From an uncultured Acidobacteriota bacterium (lineage in GTDB: Bacteria > Acidobacteriota > Vicinamibacteria > Vicinamibacterales > 2-12-FULL-66-21), in NCBI GenBank assembly GCA_963847125.1, contig CAWJYM010000009.1:1282170-1314169 (forward strand): a DNA stretch of 32,000 nucleotides, read 5' to 3'. A program made the position numbers and the translations under genes. Of this stretch, positions 24,298-31,802 are shown in pieces (position 1 is the first letter of the stretch; every line of letters begins with the position of its first letter). The notes beneath the pieces are model-generated. The model did no database searches and was not told where the DNA came from. It saw only the letters and a program-made list of their open reading frames with translations.

Positions 24298-25556
24298 CGA
24301 ACGCGTACCACGAACACTCCGGCGGGATCCGGACGATGTATCACGCGCTGCTGGAGTACGCGGAACAGCACGGACGGCGCATGACGCTCGTCGTACCGGG
24401 CGCGGAGGACCGCGACGAGCGGCGCGGCCGCTTCACACGAATCGTTCATCTCCGAGCTCCGCACAGCCCGGTGGCGGACGGCCGCTATCGAATGCTGCTG
24501 CCTCATCGCTTCCTTCCTCCGGGCCGCGGCCCTCTCTGGCGCCTGCTGCAGGATGAACGGCCCGACGTCGTCGAAATCTGCGACAAGTACTCGCTGTGCT
24601 TTTTCGCGGGGCTCATCCGACGGCGCCGTCCGGATCGATTGCCCGCTCTGGTCGGGCTGAGCTGCGAGCGGATGGACGACAACGTCGAGGCGTTCGTCGG
24701 ATCCGGCGCCGCCACGCGCCGTTTCGCCCGGGCCGTCATGGGACGCGTGTATCTCGGGATGTTCGACGTTCACCTGGCCAATTCGGAATACACGGCCGAC
24801 GAGCTGCGATCCTGCATGCGGCGCGGACCCCATCGCAGGCCGGTTCATGTCTGCCCCCCGGGCGTGGCTCTGCCCGACGATCTTCGGGCGTACGAGGTCG
24901 CGGCAGCCCGCCGCGACTTGCTGGAGGTGTGCGGTCAGCCGGATGTCACCGTGTTGCTGTATGCAGGGCGCCTGTCGCCCGAAAAGAACGTGCTCATCCT
25001 TCCTCGCATCCTGTCGGCGCTATCGCAGCGGACGCCGCCCGTGCACCTCGTGATCGCGGGAGACGGGCCGCTGCGGGCGCGCGTGGAATCGGACGGGGCC
25101 GCGATGGCGCCGAATCGCGTCCATGTGCTCGGCCACATCAGCCGCCAGACGCTCTGGCGGCTGCTGCACGCGTGCGACCTGTTCGTCCACCCGAACCCTC
25201 GTGAGCCGTTCGGCCTCGGGCCGCTCGAAGCCATGGCGGCGCGGACGCCGGTCGTCGCGCCGGTGTCGGGTGGTGTGCGCGAGTACGCGACGCACGACAA
25301 CGCCTGGTTGAGCCTGGCGGACCCGCTCGCGATGGCCTCCGCGGTGAGCGCCTGCCTGGACGATCCGAACGAATGCTGGCGGCGCGTCGCCGCGGCACGT
25401 CAGACCGCCGAAGCGAACACGTGGCATGCCGCGGCCGAGCGAATGTTCGAGCACTACGATCGATCGGCCAGGCCGTCGGCGGCATGGATGTCCGCGGCCA
25501 CCGCCCGCATCAGGGGCAGCGCAAAGGTCAGCAAGCCCTTCGCCGAGATGAGGTAG
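24273..25556 (+). CDS. Glycosyltransferase family 4 (GT-B, Glycos_transf_1-type)
   Basis: ORF 24006..25556 is trimmed to ATG 24273 (GGAGG just upstream). The N-terminus is MSVSTLHLTNAYHEHSGGIRTMYHAL. The C-terminal GT1-domain motifs are LLYAGRLSPEKN and NPREPFGLGPLEAMAARTPVVAPVSGGVREY. The last ~30 aa are antisense to the end of the AAC(3)-like gene. Confidence 0.85.
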   Translation: MSVSTLHLTNAYHEHSGGIRTMYHALLEYAEQHGRRMTLVVPGAEDRDERRGRFTRIVHLRAPHSPVADGRYRMLLPHRFLPPGRGPLWRLLQDERPDVVEICDKYSLCFFAGLIRRRRPDRLPALVGLSCERMDDNVEAFVGSGAATRRFARAVMGRVYLGMFDVHLANSEYTADELRSCMRRGPHRRPVHVCPPGVALPDDLRAYEVAAARRDLLEVCGQPDVTVLLYAGRLSPEKNVLILPRILSALSQRTPPVHLVIAGDGPLRARVESDGAAMAPNRVHVLGHISRQTLWRLLHACDLFVHPNPREPFGLGPLEAMAARTPVVAPVSGGVREYATHDNAWLSLADPLAMASAVSACLDDPNECWRRVAAARQTAEANTWHAAAERMFEHYDRSARPSAAWMSAATARIRGSAKVSKPFAEMR

Positions 25557-26284
25557 CTTGCCGCGTTTCCCACACGCCCGGATGTGTGAGGGCGTGCCGC
25601 AAGGTACCCATCCACGATCTTTCCGAAAAAGCGGTCCGGCCAGTTCGCGTGGGCGCCGTTGCCGGAGTCGACCTCTTCCTGCGCGCGCCACACGCGGCGT
25701 CCGTTTTCTTCGATCGGCACCTGGTACCGTGCGATGCGCTTGTCGGGAATCTCGACGATGTGCTCGGCGTAGTGCAGGAACGTCACGTTGTCGTGATCGC
25801 AGCCGAGCAACAGGATCTTCCCATCGAGTTGCACGAATCGCTCAAACGCCGATCCGGCGCCGAACGCGTAATCCCACGGTTGCTGCGCGATCACGTAATC
25901 TGCGTGCTTTCCCCACACGACAAAGCGCGCCACATGCCGGTTGACGCGAACACCCGGCGATGTGCGGAACAGCTCGACGAGGGCGCCGTGATCGCGCGCG
26001 GATCTCGCGGTCTCGGGGTCGAAGGGGGGCAGCTTGTCGAGAACTTCCCGTTCCTGCTCCGGGGTGAGGTTGCCGCGGCCCACTTCGTCGTAATAACGGG
26101 GACAGCCCGCGTACATGATCAGCGTCCCGTCAGGCGTCAGCACGTCCTTGAGCGCCCGATGGACCTGATCCGGCCCGCCCGCGGCCTCTCCGACGGCCCG
26201 AAGCGAGGCGTGCACCATGACGACGTCGCCGGGGGCGACGCCCAGATCCCGGAAACCGCCGGCCAGGTACGCTCGCGTGTGCAC
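25454..26284 (-). CDS. AAC(3)-family aminoglycoside N3-acetyltransferase-like protein (Antibiotic_NAT fold)
   Basis: ORF 25454..26509 is trimmed to GTG 26284, giving (M)HTRAYLAGGFRDLGVAPGDVVMVHASLRAVG. This is collinear with the AAC(3)-IIa N-terminus as I remember it (MHTRKAITEALQKLGVQTGDLLMVHASLKAIG). Further collinear blocks are PPFDPETA and ERFVQLDGKILLLGCDHDNVTFLHYAEHIVEIPDKR. The 75 codons upstream of 26284 look non-coding. Confidence 0.85.
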   Translation of the reverse strand: MHTRAYLAGGFRDLGVAPGDVVMVHASLRAVGEAAGGPDQVHRALKDVLTPDGTLIMYAGCPRYYDEVGRGNLTPEQEREVLDKLPPFDPETARSARDHGALVELFRTSPGVRVNRHVARFVVWGKHADYVIAQQPWDYAFGAGSAFERFVQLDGKILLLGCDHDNVTFLHYAEHIVEIPDKRIARYQVPIEENGRRVWRAQEEVDSGNGAHANWPDRFFGKIVDGYLAARPHTSGRVGNAASYLISAKGLLTFALPLMRAVAADIHAADGLADRS

Positions 26285-26526
26285 GTCAGATACTTCGCAG
26301 CGCGATCGCGCCGCCCAGCAACTGGATGATGGTGATGAACGCCACGAGGAATGGAGGTTAACGAATCTGTGCCCGCCCTTCAATTCTGTAAGCGCCTTCC
26401 GCGTATGGTCGGGGCTCGAGCGGACCATCTCCGCGCCATTTGGGGCCTGCATTGCGCAATCGTGTGCAACGGCGTCAGGCATCCGGATTGCCCTGAAACG
26501 CGAGTCCAATCAGGAGAATCCTGGCA

Positions 26527-27516
26527 ATGCTCCGACGCGCCTTCGGTGGAATCCTCGCGATAGCGCTGCTGTCGCTCGCCTGCAGTGGAGGCTCCTCGGA
26601 GTCTCCCGTTTCCCCGTCGCCCGTCGGAACGCTGGACGTTCAGGACATCGCGACGTCGGCCTCGACCGCCGGCGGACCGGGCCTCCTCAAATCCGGGGCG
26701 GCGCCACCGTCCGGCAGCGGGCCCCGCGCGACGGTGGGCGGCAATCAGACGGTCATCAACGGCGGGACGCTGACCGTCAACGTCACGGGCGACTCCCCGT
26801 TCAACGCGGTCTACATGTTCGTGGGCGGACGGACGCTCGGCGTGGTGGGAGAGTTCGGCGGCGGCATCGACGGCCATTACGAGATGCGCCTGCCGTCGGC
26901 CCAGACGGCGACGAGCGTGCTGCTCACCTTCCCCCAGGAGATTCCGCTCGACCAGTTCGAGCTTCTGTTCGCGGTCGCGAACACCTCAGGAGCGGTCGGA
27001 CCGTACGCCTCCCTGATGACGAACGTGACGGCGGTCGGCACGGGCGACGTCCAGGTCACGCTCTCGTGGAACGTCGACAGCGACGTCGACCTGCACGTCG
27101 TGGCGCCGGGCAACGACGAGATCTACTACGGCCGCACCTCGTCGCCGACCGGCGGCGTGCTCGACCTGGATTCGAACGCGGGGTGCTCCATCGACGGCGT
27201 CAGGAACGAGAACATCACGTGGCCCACCGGCCGCGCTCCCCGAGGGCAGTACATCGTCCGCGTGGACTACTGGAGCAGCTGCAACGTGAGCCGGACGGAG
27301 TTCACCGTTCGCGTCCACAACAGCGGCGGCAGCACACAGACCGCGACCGGGTCGTTTACCGGCGGCGGAGATTTTGGCGGCGCGGGCAGCGGGCAGACCA
27401 TGCTGACGTTCGAACGCGCGTCGGGCCCGACCGCGATCGTGACCGACGCGCTGAGCGTACTCCCATCCCTGGACCTCTGGAAGAAGCCCGTCAAATCGCG
27501 GGGGCGCACGAAATAG
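26527..27516 (+). CDS. Lipoprotein with C-terminal DUF2135/YfaP-like beta-sandwich domain (tentative)
   Basis: ATG 26527 has AGGAGA upstream. The lipobox is LLSLAC-SGG. The C-terminal block reads VQVTLSWNVDSDVDLHVVAPGNDEIYYGRTSSPTGGVLDLDSNAGC...NENITWPTGRAPRGQYIVRVDYWSSC. It resembles the remembered DUF2135 pattern (D.DLHV.eP.Ge.iyY......GG.l..D...G..pE.......G.Y.v.V.Y). Confidence 0.7.
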   Translation: MLRRAFGGILAIALLSLACSGGSSESPVSPSPVGTLDVQDIATSASTAGGPGLLKSGAAPPSGSGPRATVGGNQTVINGGTLTVNVTGDSPFNAVYMFVGGRTLGVVGEFGGGIDGHYEMRLPSAQTATSVLLTFPQEIPLDQFELLFAVANTSGAVGPYASLMTNVTAVGTGDVQVTLSWNVDSDVDLHVVAPGNDEIYYGRTSSPTGGVLDLDSNAGCSIDGVRNENITWPTGRAPRGQYIVRVDYWSSCNVSRTEFTVRVHNSGGSTQTATGSFTGGGDFGGAGSGQTMLTFERASGPTAIVTDALSVLPSLDLWKKPVKSRGRTK

Positions 27517-27517
27517 C

Positions 27518-27544
27518 GAGGACGACCCTAAAGGGTCGTGCCAC
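27518..27544 (-). repeat. Third copy of the REP-like hairpin, between two co-directional genes
   Basis: GAGGACGACCCTAAAGGGTCGTGCCAC has reverse complement GTGGCACGACCCTTTAGGGTCGTCCTC. It shares the stem of the copy at 23599-23625 and the loop and tail of the copy at 23631-23657. It starts 2 nt after stop 27514-27516 and ends 9 nt before ATG 27554. Confidence 0.7.
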
Positions 27545-27553
27545 TACCAGCCT

Positions 27554-28453
27554 ATGACGACCATGCACCGACTGAAATCGAGTATCGCGCTCGGCCTGCT
27601 GGCCGGGACCCTCTTCACCGGACCGGCTTCCGCACAGACGCCGGAAGCGCCGAAGACCGCGACCGTGCTGCGGTATGCCCTCATCCTCGAAGAGCCGAGG
27701 CAAGATGGTCCCACGCTCGGGGCGGTTGATGTCGGTACCGCGCTCGTCATCCTCGGGAAGGTGGACGACTACTATTTCGTGAGGGCTCCTGCCGGAGATC
27801 CGGCGGCCGCGTGGGAAAACGGGTGGATCCTCGTCGTGGCGTTCGAGCCGGTGGGCAAGGTCACCGCCGAGACGAGCAAGACGCCACGGAGCGGAAAGCT
27901 CATGATTCGCGGCTTCGGGTACGCCGGCGGCCTGTTCTTTACCGCAAGCGACAGCTTCGAGACGATTCTGGGCGGCGGGTTCAACTCGGTGTTCGGTTTC
28001 GGCGGCCAGGTCGTCCTGCCGAACGGCATCTACGCGCAGGCGAGCTTGGACAGATTCCGCGACACCGGAACGCGCGCCCTCGTCTCGGGGAGTCAGGTCT
28101 TCACGCTGGACGTCCCCAACCGCATCACGGTGATGCCGATCCTGGCGACCGTCGGCTACCAGGGCACCAAGACCGGCGGCGTCGTGCCGTATTTCGGCGG
28201 CGGCATCGGATGGTACACGCTCGAAGAGGACTCGCCGTCCGTGCCAGACTCCGAAACCATCAGCTCGCGACACACGGGGTATCACATCGTCGGCGGAGCC
28301 GAGTTCCCCGTGTCCCGTTGGATGGCGCTCGCCGGGGAGCTGCAGTGGGCGACGGTGCCCGGGGCGATCGGGGACACGGGCGTGTCGGCCGTCTACGAAG
28401 AGAAAGATCTCGGCGGGACCACGTTCCGGTTCAAGGTGTTGTTCGGTCGGTAG
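27554..28453 (+). CDS. Outer-membrane beta-barrel protein with N-terminal SH3-like domain (tentative)
   Basis: The signal peptide is MTTMHRLKSSIALGLLAGTLFTGPASAQ. The N-terminal ~70 aa resemble a bacterial SH3-like module (VLRYALILEEPRQDGPTLGAVDVGTALVILGKVDDYYFVRAP). The remainder shows amphipathic strand patterns (GFGYAGGLFFTAS, VFGFGGQVVL, PYFGGGIGWYTL, GYHIVGGAEF, TTFRFKVLFGR). Confidence 0.65.
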   Translation: MTTMHRLKSSIALGLLAGTLFTGPASAQTPEAPKTATVLRYALILEEPRQDGPTLGAVDVGTALVILGKVDDYYFVRAPAGDPAAAWENGWILVVAFEPVGKVTAETSKTPRSGKLMIRGFGYAGGLFFTASDSFETILGGGFNSVFGFGGQVVLPNGIYAQASLDRFRDTGTRALVSGSQVFTLDVPNRITVMPILATVGYQGTKTGGVVPYFGGGIGWYTLEEDSPSVPDSETISSRHTGYHIVGGAEFPVSRWMALAGELQWATVPGAIGDTGVSAVYEEKDLGGTTFRFKVLFGR

Positions 28454-28454
28454 A

Positions 28455-29030
28455 TTAGTCGTCCCCCGCGAAGTCGGCGTTGCGAAGCGTGCGGTGGAGG
28501 TAGGTTCGCGCCCGTTCCCAGTGCCGCTGAACGGTTCGCTCCGAAACGCCACGCATCGCGGCAATCTCCCCGAACGTGAATCCGCAGAAGAACCTCAGAT
28601 CCACAACCTGCGCAAGCTCGGGCTCCACGGACGCGAGCTCATCGAGCGCCTCGCTGACGTTCGCCAGCTCCTCCGCGTCCGGCACGGCCTCGGCTATGTC
28701 GGTGTCGATTGACGTCAGCTGGAAGAGGCCGCCGCGCTTCAGGGCCTGCCGGCGTCGAATGTAGTCGATGATGATCCCGCGCATGACCCGCGCGGCATAC
28801 GCCATGAAGCGGCCGCGGTCCGGGAACACCGCGCCCTCACGCCCGGAGATGTCCAGAAAGGCTTCGTGAAGGAGCGTCGTCGCACTCAGCGTCGCGGAAG
28901 GGCCGCCGCGGTTCAGCTCTCGTTTCGCCATCCGGTGGAGTTCGGAGTACAGCGCGGTGAAGAGCGCCTCTGTCGCGGACGGGTCACCGCGATCGGCGGA
29001 ATCGACGAGCGACGCAATCGTCGGTCGCAC
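28455..29030 (-). CDS. ECF-type sigma-70 factor, TIGR02999 (Sig-70_X6) / kinase-associated ECF group
   Basis: The start is GTG 29030. The N-terminus ASLVDSADRGDPSATEALFTALYSELHRMAKREL matches the family-typical 'Gd..A...L...vY.ELr.lA' pattern. Region 2 is TTLLHEAFLDI...YAARVMRGIIIDYIRRR. Region 4 is VDLRFFCGFTFGEIAAMRGVSERTVQRHWERARTYL. Confidence 0.9.
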   Translation of the reverse strand: MRPTIASLVDSADRGDPSATEALFTALYSELHRMAKRELNRGGPSATLSATTLLHEAFLDISGREGAVFPDRGRFMAYAARVMRGIIIDYIRRRQALKRGGLFQLTSIDTDIAEAVPDAEELANVSEALDELASVEPELAQVVDLRFFCGFTFGEIAAMRGVSERTVQRHWERARTYLHRTLRNADFAGDD

Positions 29031-31680
29031 AGGCGTCGAGCGTCAGCGCACGGCAGCCAGGGCCGGCTCGTGCCTCTTCGGTCGCCGGGTGAGACGCACC
29101 GTAGGTGGGTTCGAGGTTCATCAGCGCCGCCTGAAAACGCGCGCCCGCGTCGGCGGCATTCCCGCGGGTCCGGGCAATGGATCCGAGCGCCAGCTGACTC
29201 AGGCCTACCCAGCTCGAGGTGGGCCGGTCGCCGCGAAATGCTTCCGCCAGTGCGAGCGCCTGACGCGCGTGCCGATCGGCCTCGTCGGTCCTCCCTGACG
29301 TCAGCGCAAGACGGGACGCCTCCAGCAGCGTTTCGATGTGCGACATGTGTTTCTCGGGAACCCTGGCATGGACCGCGAGCGACTCGTCGAGCAGCGTTCT
29401 CGCCCTTTCCTCGTCGCCTTCCGCCAGCGCGAGGAGGCCCTGCTCGTGGACGAGATCCGCGAGGAAGAAATGTCCCGGGGGCAGTGTCTTCCTGAGCAAC
29501 GGCTCGGCCTCGGCCAGCGCTGCCCGCGCGCAGGGAAGGTCTTCGAGCGCTCGGCAGACGCGCGCGATTCCGAGCTTGCCCGTCCCCACGTTCCGCAGGT
29601 GCTTCTCTGTCGCGGCCATCTCCACGGATCGCGCGTAGGCTTCGCGGGCCTCTGCCGCGCGCCCGAGACGCAACAAGATCCGCCCTTCGTTGCCGCGCTT
29701 GACAGCGCCGTCGACCACTTCGATTGAGCGTTTCTGCAGCTCCAGAGCGCCGAGCATGTCGCCGGCCGTCGAGCGCAGTCGGGCCCAACCGTTCAGCAGC
29801 GTTCCGCCGGTTGCGCTCTCAGCCCGGCCAAGGCGCTCGAGGTGTCTCAAGGCTTCTCCGTAATCGCGCTCCGACTCGCTGGTCCTGCCCTGCATCTCAC
29901 GCGCCTGCGCGAGAACCACCAGCGCGTTGGCGCGCGACGCTCCGTATCCCTCCGGCGCGACGGCGAGCCGTTCCAGAGCCCGCTCGGCCGCCCGCGCCTG
30001 ACCGTCCGCATTTCCCTCGAGACCGACAACGACCGCCTGATCCATCAGACACGAGGCCGCCGGCGCCGCGAAGCGCGCGTCGTCCGACAGCTCATTGAGC
30101 CCCGCCTCGATGATCCGTTTTCCGAGGGGGAAGTCGCCCGAATGCGCCTGGACGCGGCCCCAGCCGCAGTACGCATAGGCTCGGGCCGCGGGGTCGTCCA
30201 CGCGCTGCGCCGCGTCGAACGCGGCCTTGTAGACCCGGCGCGAGTCTTCGAGCGCTCCGAGCACGAGGTAGGTGCCGGCCACCGAGGCGAGCAGCTCGAT
30301 CGACAGCGCCTCGTCGGTGGCAGCCTGCTTCATCGCCAGCTGTTCTCCCCGCGCGAGCAGCTCGCGCACCGTCACCGGCTTGTCTGTCGCCGCGTGTCCC
30401 ACGACGTACTGGCTGAACTCGTTGACCGCTTCCTGTCGGACGAGCTGTGCCAGTGCCAGGTCCCGCTCGCGCGCGGCCTGCCGCGCCTGCCAGATCGTGC
30501 CTGCGAGCCCGCCGACGATCGCGAGAAGGATCAAGGCCGCCAGCCCGACCGCCACGCGATTGCGACGCACGAACTTCGCGGTGCGGTACGCCAGCGTGTC
30601 CGGCCTGGCTCTGATCGGCAGGTGATCGAGGTAGCGGCGGAGATCCTCGGCGAGCGCGCCGACCGAGGCGTACCGCTCCGCCGGATCTTTTTTCAGTGCC
30701 TTCGCGACGATCGTGTCGAGATCGCCGCGAAGCGAGCGGCGGACCTCCGACATCGGAGGCGCATCCGTCTCGACGATGGCTTTGAGAAGCTCGACCGGCG
30801 ACTGCCCCCTGTCACCCGCCGGATGCCGGCCCGCCAGGAGCACATACAGCAGCACGCCCAGCGAATAGACGTCGGTCGCGGTCGTGACGGGCTCGCGTCG
30901 CACCTGCTCGGGCGCGGCGTACTCGGGTGTCAACGCCCACCCTCCCTCGTGGGTCAACATCGTCGCTTCGCCCGTGCGGGTTTCGTCTTCCAGCAGCTTC
31001 GCGATACCGAAGTCCAGGAGCTTGACCCGGCCGTCCTTGTTCACGAGCACGTTCGAAGGCTTGATATCGCGGTGAACGATCAGGTTGGCGTGGGCGTGAG
31101 CCACCGCGGCAAGGACATCGAGAAAGAGGCGCACGCGGGCGTCGACCCCGAGGCTGTTTTCATCGCAGTGGCGATCGATCGGCGAGCCCTCGACGTGCTC
31201 GAGCACGAGGTACGGCTGACCCGCGGAGGACACGCCGGCGTCGATCAAGTGCGCGATGTGCGGATGCGTGAGGCGGGCGAGGATCCTGCCCTCACGCCGG
31301 AACCGTTCCTCGCCGGCACGGCCCACGAGCGCGGCGTTCAGGAACTTGACGGCAACCAGCCCCTCGAATCGGCCGTCGCTGCGCCGGGCGAGCCACACGC
31401 TTCCCATCCCGCCCTGCCCGAGCGGTGAAACGAGCGTGTAGGGGCCGACCGTCTGGCCGGCAAGCGACGTCTGCTCCGGGAACGCGGGCGCGTGTTCGAG
31501 GAAGCGGTTGCGGCTGAGGGCTGCGTGCTCTTCGAGCAGCGTCGCGAGATCGGCCGCCAGCGCCGGGTTCTCACCCTGCAGGAGGGCCAGCCACGCCGGA
31601 CGCTCGTCGGCCGACAGCTCCAGCGCTTTGTCGAAATACGGGCTCACGGCCCGCCAGCGGTCGGGGCTCAGCGCGGACAT
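28984..31680 (-). CDS. Ser/Thr protein kinase with one TM helix and a long C-terminal TPR-like array; C-terminal tail possibly frameshifted (restored frame stops at 29043)
   Basis: ORF 28984..31740 is trimmed to ATG 31680 (MSALSPDRWRAVSPYFDKALEL...). Kinase motifs are GQGGMGSVWLA, VAVKFL, HRDIKPSNVL, DFGIAKL and TPEYAAPEQ. The TM helix is VAVGLAALILLAIVGGLAGTIW. About 480 aa of TPR-like repeats follow. The tail ...HPATEEARAGPGCRALTLDACATDDCVARRFRRSR overlaps the sigma gene by 47 nt. Confidence 0.9.
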   Translation of the reverse strand: MSALSPDRWRAVSPYFDKALELSADERPAWLALLQGENPALAADLATLLEEHAALSRNRFLEHAPAFPEQTSLAGQTVGPYTLVSPLGQGGMGSVWLARRSDGRFEGLVAVKFLNAALVGRAGEERFRREGRILARLTHPHIAHLIDAGVSSAGQPYLVLEHVEGSPIDRHCDENSLGVDARVRLFLDVLAAVAHAHANLIVHRDIKPSNVLVNKDGRVKLLDFGIAKLLEDETRTGEATMLTHEGGWALTPEYAAPEQVRREPVTTATDVYSLGVLLYVLLAGRHPAGDRGQSPVELLKAIVETDAPPMSEVRRSLRGDLDTIVAKALKKDPAERYASVGALAEDLRRYLDHLPIRARPDTLAYRTAKFVRRNRVAVGLAALILLAIVGGLAGTIWQARQAARERDLALAQLVRQEAVNEFSQYVVGHAATDKPVTVRELLARGEQLAMKQAATDEALSIELLASVAGTYLVLGALEDSRRVYKAAFDAAQRVDDPAARAYAYCGWGRVQAHSGDFPLGKRIIEAGLNELSDDARFAAPAASCLMDQAVVVGLEGNADGQARAAERALERLAVAPEGYGASRANALVVLAQAREMQGRTSESERDYGEALRHLERLGRAESATGGTLLNGWARLRSTAGDMLGALELQKRSIEVVDGAVKRGNEGRILLRLGRAAEAREAYARSVEMAATEKHLRNVGTGKLGIARVCRALEDLPCARAALAEAEPLLRKTLPPGHFFLADLVHEQGLLALAEGDEERARTLLDESLAVHARVPEKHMSHIETLLEASRLALTSGRTDEADRHARQALALAEAFRGDRPTSSWVGLSQLALGSIARTRGNAADAGARFQAALMNLEPTYGASHPATEEARAGPGCRALTLDACATDDCVARRFRRSR

Positions 31681-31802
31681 GTGGGTTTCTGGCGCGCCCC
31701 GCAGCGCGCGATCGGCGCGTATTGTAACGGAACCCACCACTCGTCCCCCGAGTGTCGTGTTTCCCCGCTCGACTGCGATTTCTCCAGTAGGGGGATTCGA
31801 CC

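Noticed and set aside
25454-25556. 103-nt convergent overlap between the GT4 and AAC(3)-like genes, considered as a possible sign of a frameshift or recent insertion
   Set aside because: Neither alternative frame of the GT4 3' end yields an earlier stop or a better-looking terminus. Run-on tails into a convergent neighbour are common when stop codons are rare.
26351-26563. 70-aa ORF in the divergent region between the AAC(3)-like and lipoprotein genes
   Set aside because: GAGGA is only about 1 nt from the ATG. The ORF overlaps the well-supported lipoprotein start in another frame and has no recognisable features.
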